DNA of 64,000 nucleotides from an uncultured Alphaproteobacteria bacterium (GTDB lineage Bacteria; Pseudomonadota; Alphaproteobacteria; Sphingomonadales; SMXR01): NCBI GenBank assembly GCA_937126915.1, contig CAKZLM010000017.1, positions 1,357 to 65,356 of the forward strand, read 5' to 3'. Shown piece by piece: positions 63,831 to 64,000 of this stretch (position 1 is its first letter; each line of letters starts with the position of its first letter). The notes under the pieces were generated by a model. It saw only the letters and a program-made list of their open reading frames with translations, ran no database searches and was not told where the DNA came from. The position numbers and the translations under genes were made by a program.

Positions 63831-64000
63831 TTATTTTTTATTGACTTCAAAGGCCATTTTCACAAATTTAGTTGTATGCTCAGCCCCCATGGTTAAATAA
63901 TCGAGATCGCTTTGATCATCAATTTGTGACCAATGATCAGCAAAATTATCAACTGTTGCCTCGTCATGTTTTAGGGCAACACCTTTGGTTTCTTGAATAA
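63831..64000 (-). CDS. 3' end of an unidentified gene (partial, runs off the window)
   Basis: Hand translation of the minus strand gives an open frame ...IQETKGVALKHDEATVDNFADHWSQIDDQSDLDYLTMGAEHTTKFVKMAFEVNKK ending at TAA 63831-63833. This is 18 nt upstream of the CoA-transferase start. Confidence 0.4.
   Translation of the reverse strand, partial: IQETKGVALKHDEATVDNFADHWSQIDDQSDLDYLTMGAEHTTKFVKMAFEVNKK

Noticed and set aside
1-64000. Scan for tRNA, rRNA, tmRNA, riboswitch leaders (for example upstream of mgtE, panC and hisS), integrases and transposases
   Set aside because: No intergenic region showed cloverleaf-like or rRNA-like sequence or a leader I recognise. Intergenic gaps are mostly under 250 nt, and none of the ORFs has recombinase or transposase motifs. 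This was a by-eye scan, so tRNAscan-SE and Infernal should confirm it.

Overview
The window reads as a chromosomal segment of an alphaproteobacterium. The evidence is a DivK-PleD pair nearly identical in motif content to the Caulobacter proteins, MipZ, a TTAA-N7-TTAA box, and GTA/HK97-type head-tail genes. G+C is moderate by eye. All calls come from motif and family recognition on the supplied translations; no database search was run.

Most of the window is tightly packed core housekeeping:
- prmC-prfA-hisS-ispG, a RodZ-like gene, ptsP and ubiG
- the conserved comF-grxC-nit-DUF1178 block, mutT and secA
- ruvX-pyrB-pyrC'-plsY-dprA-topA-rnr-rpmG
- divK-pleD, dinB, clpS-clpA, mipZ, bax, panC and mgtE
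- acyl-CoA metabolism genes

Non-core content worth attention:
1. A ~3.9 kb AT-rich island (about 23.7-27.06 kb) is the best candidate for an undescribed system. It has its own promoter and RBS. It encodes a PG-binding-like / aspzincin-like HExxH metallopeptidase gene that appears to be split by a ~170-nt repeat-element insertion. Two divergent tandem paralogues of an exported Cys-containing protein follow, giving an effector/immunity-like layout.
2. A modular interspersed repeat family is scattered over 20.96-24.06 kb. It brackets a nitrilase plus Arg-rich exported protein cassette.
3. A 1045-aa protein with TIR, one TM helix and a long TPR array sits between core genes.
4. A permuted, incomplete GTA-like head-tail cluster (46.8-53.3 kb) lacks terminase, protease and capsid genes. 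It carries inserted genes and internal intrinsic terminators.

No tRNA, rRNA, CRISPR array, integrase or transposase was seen.
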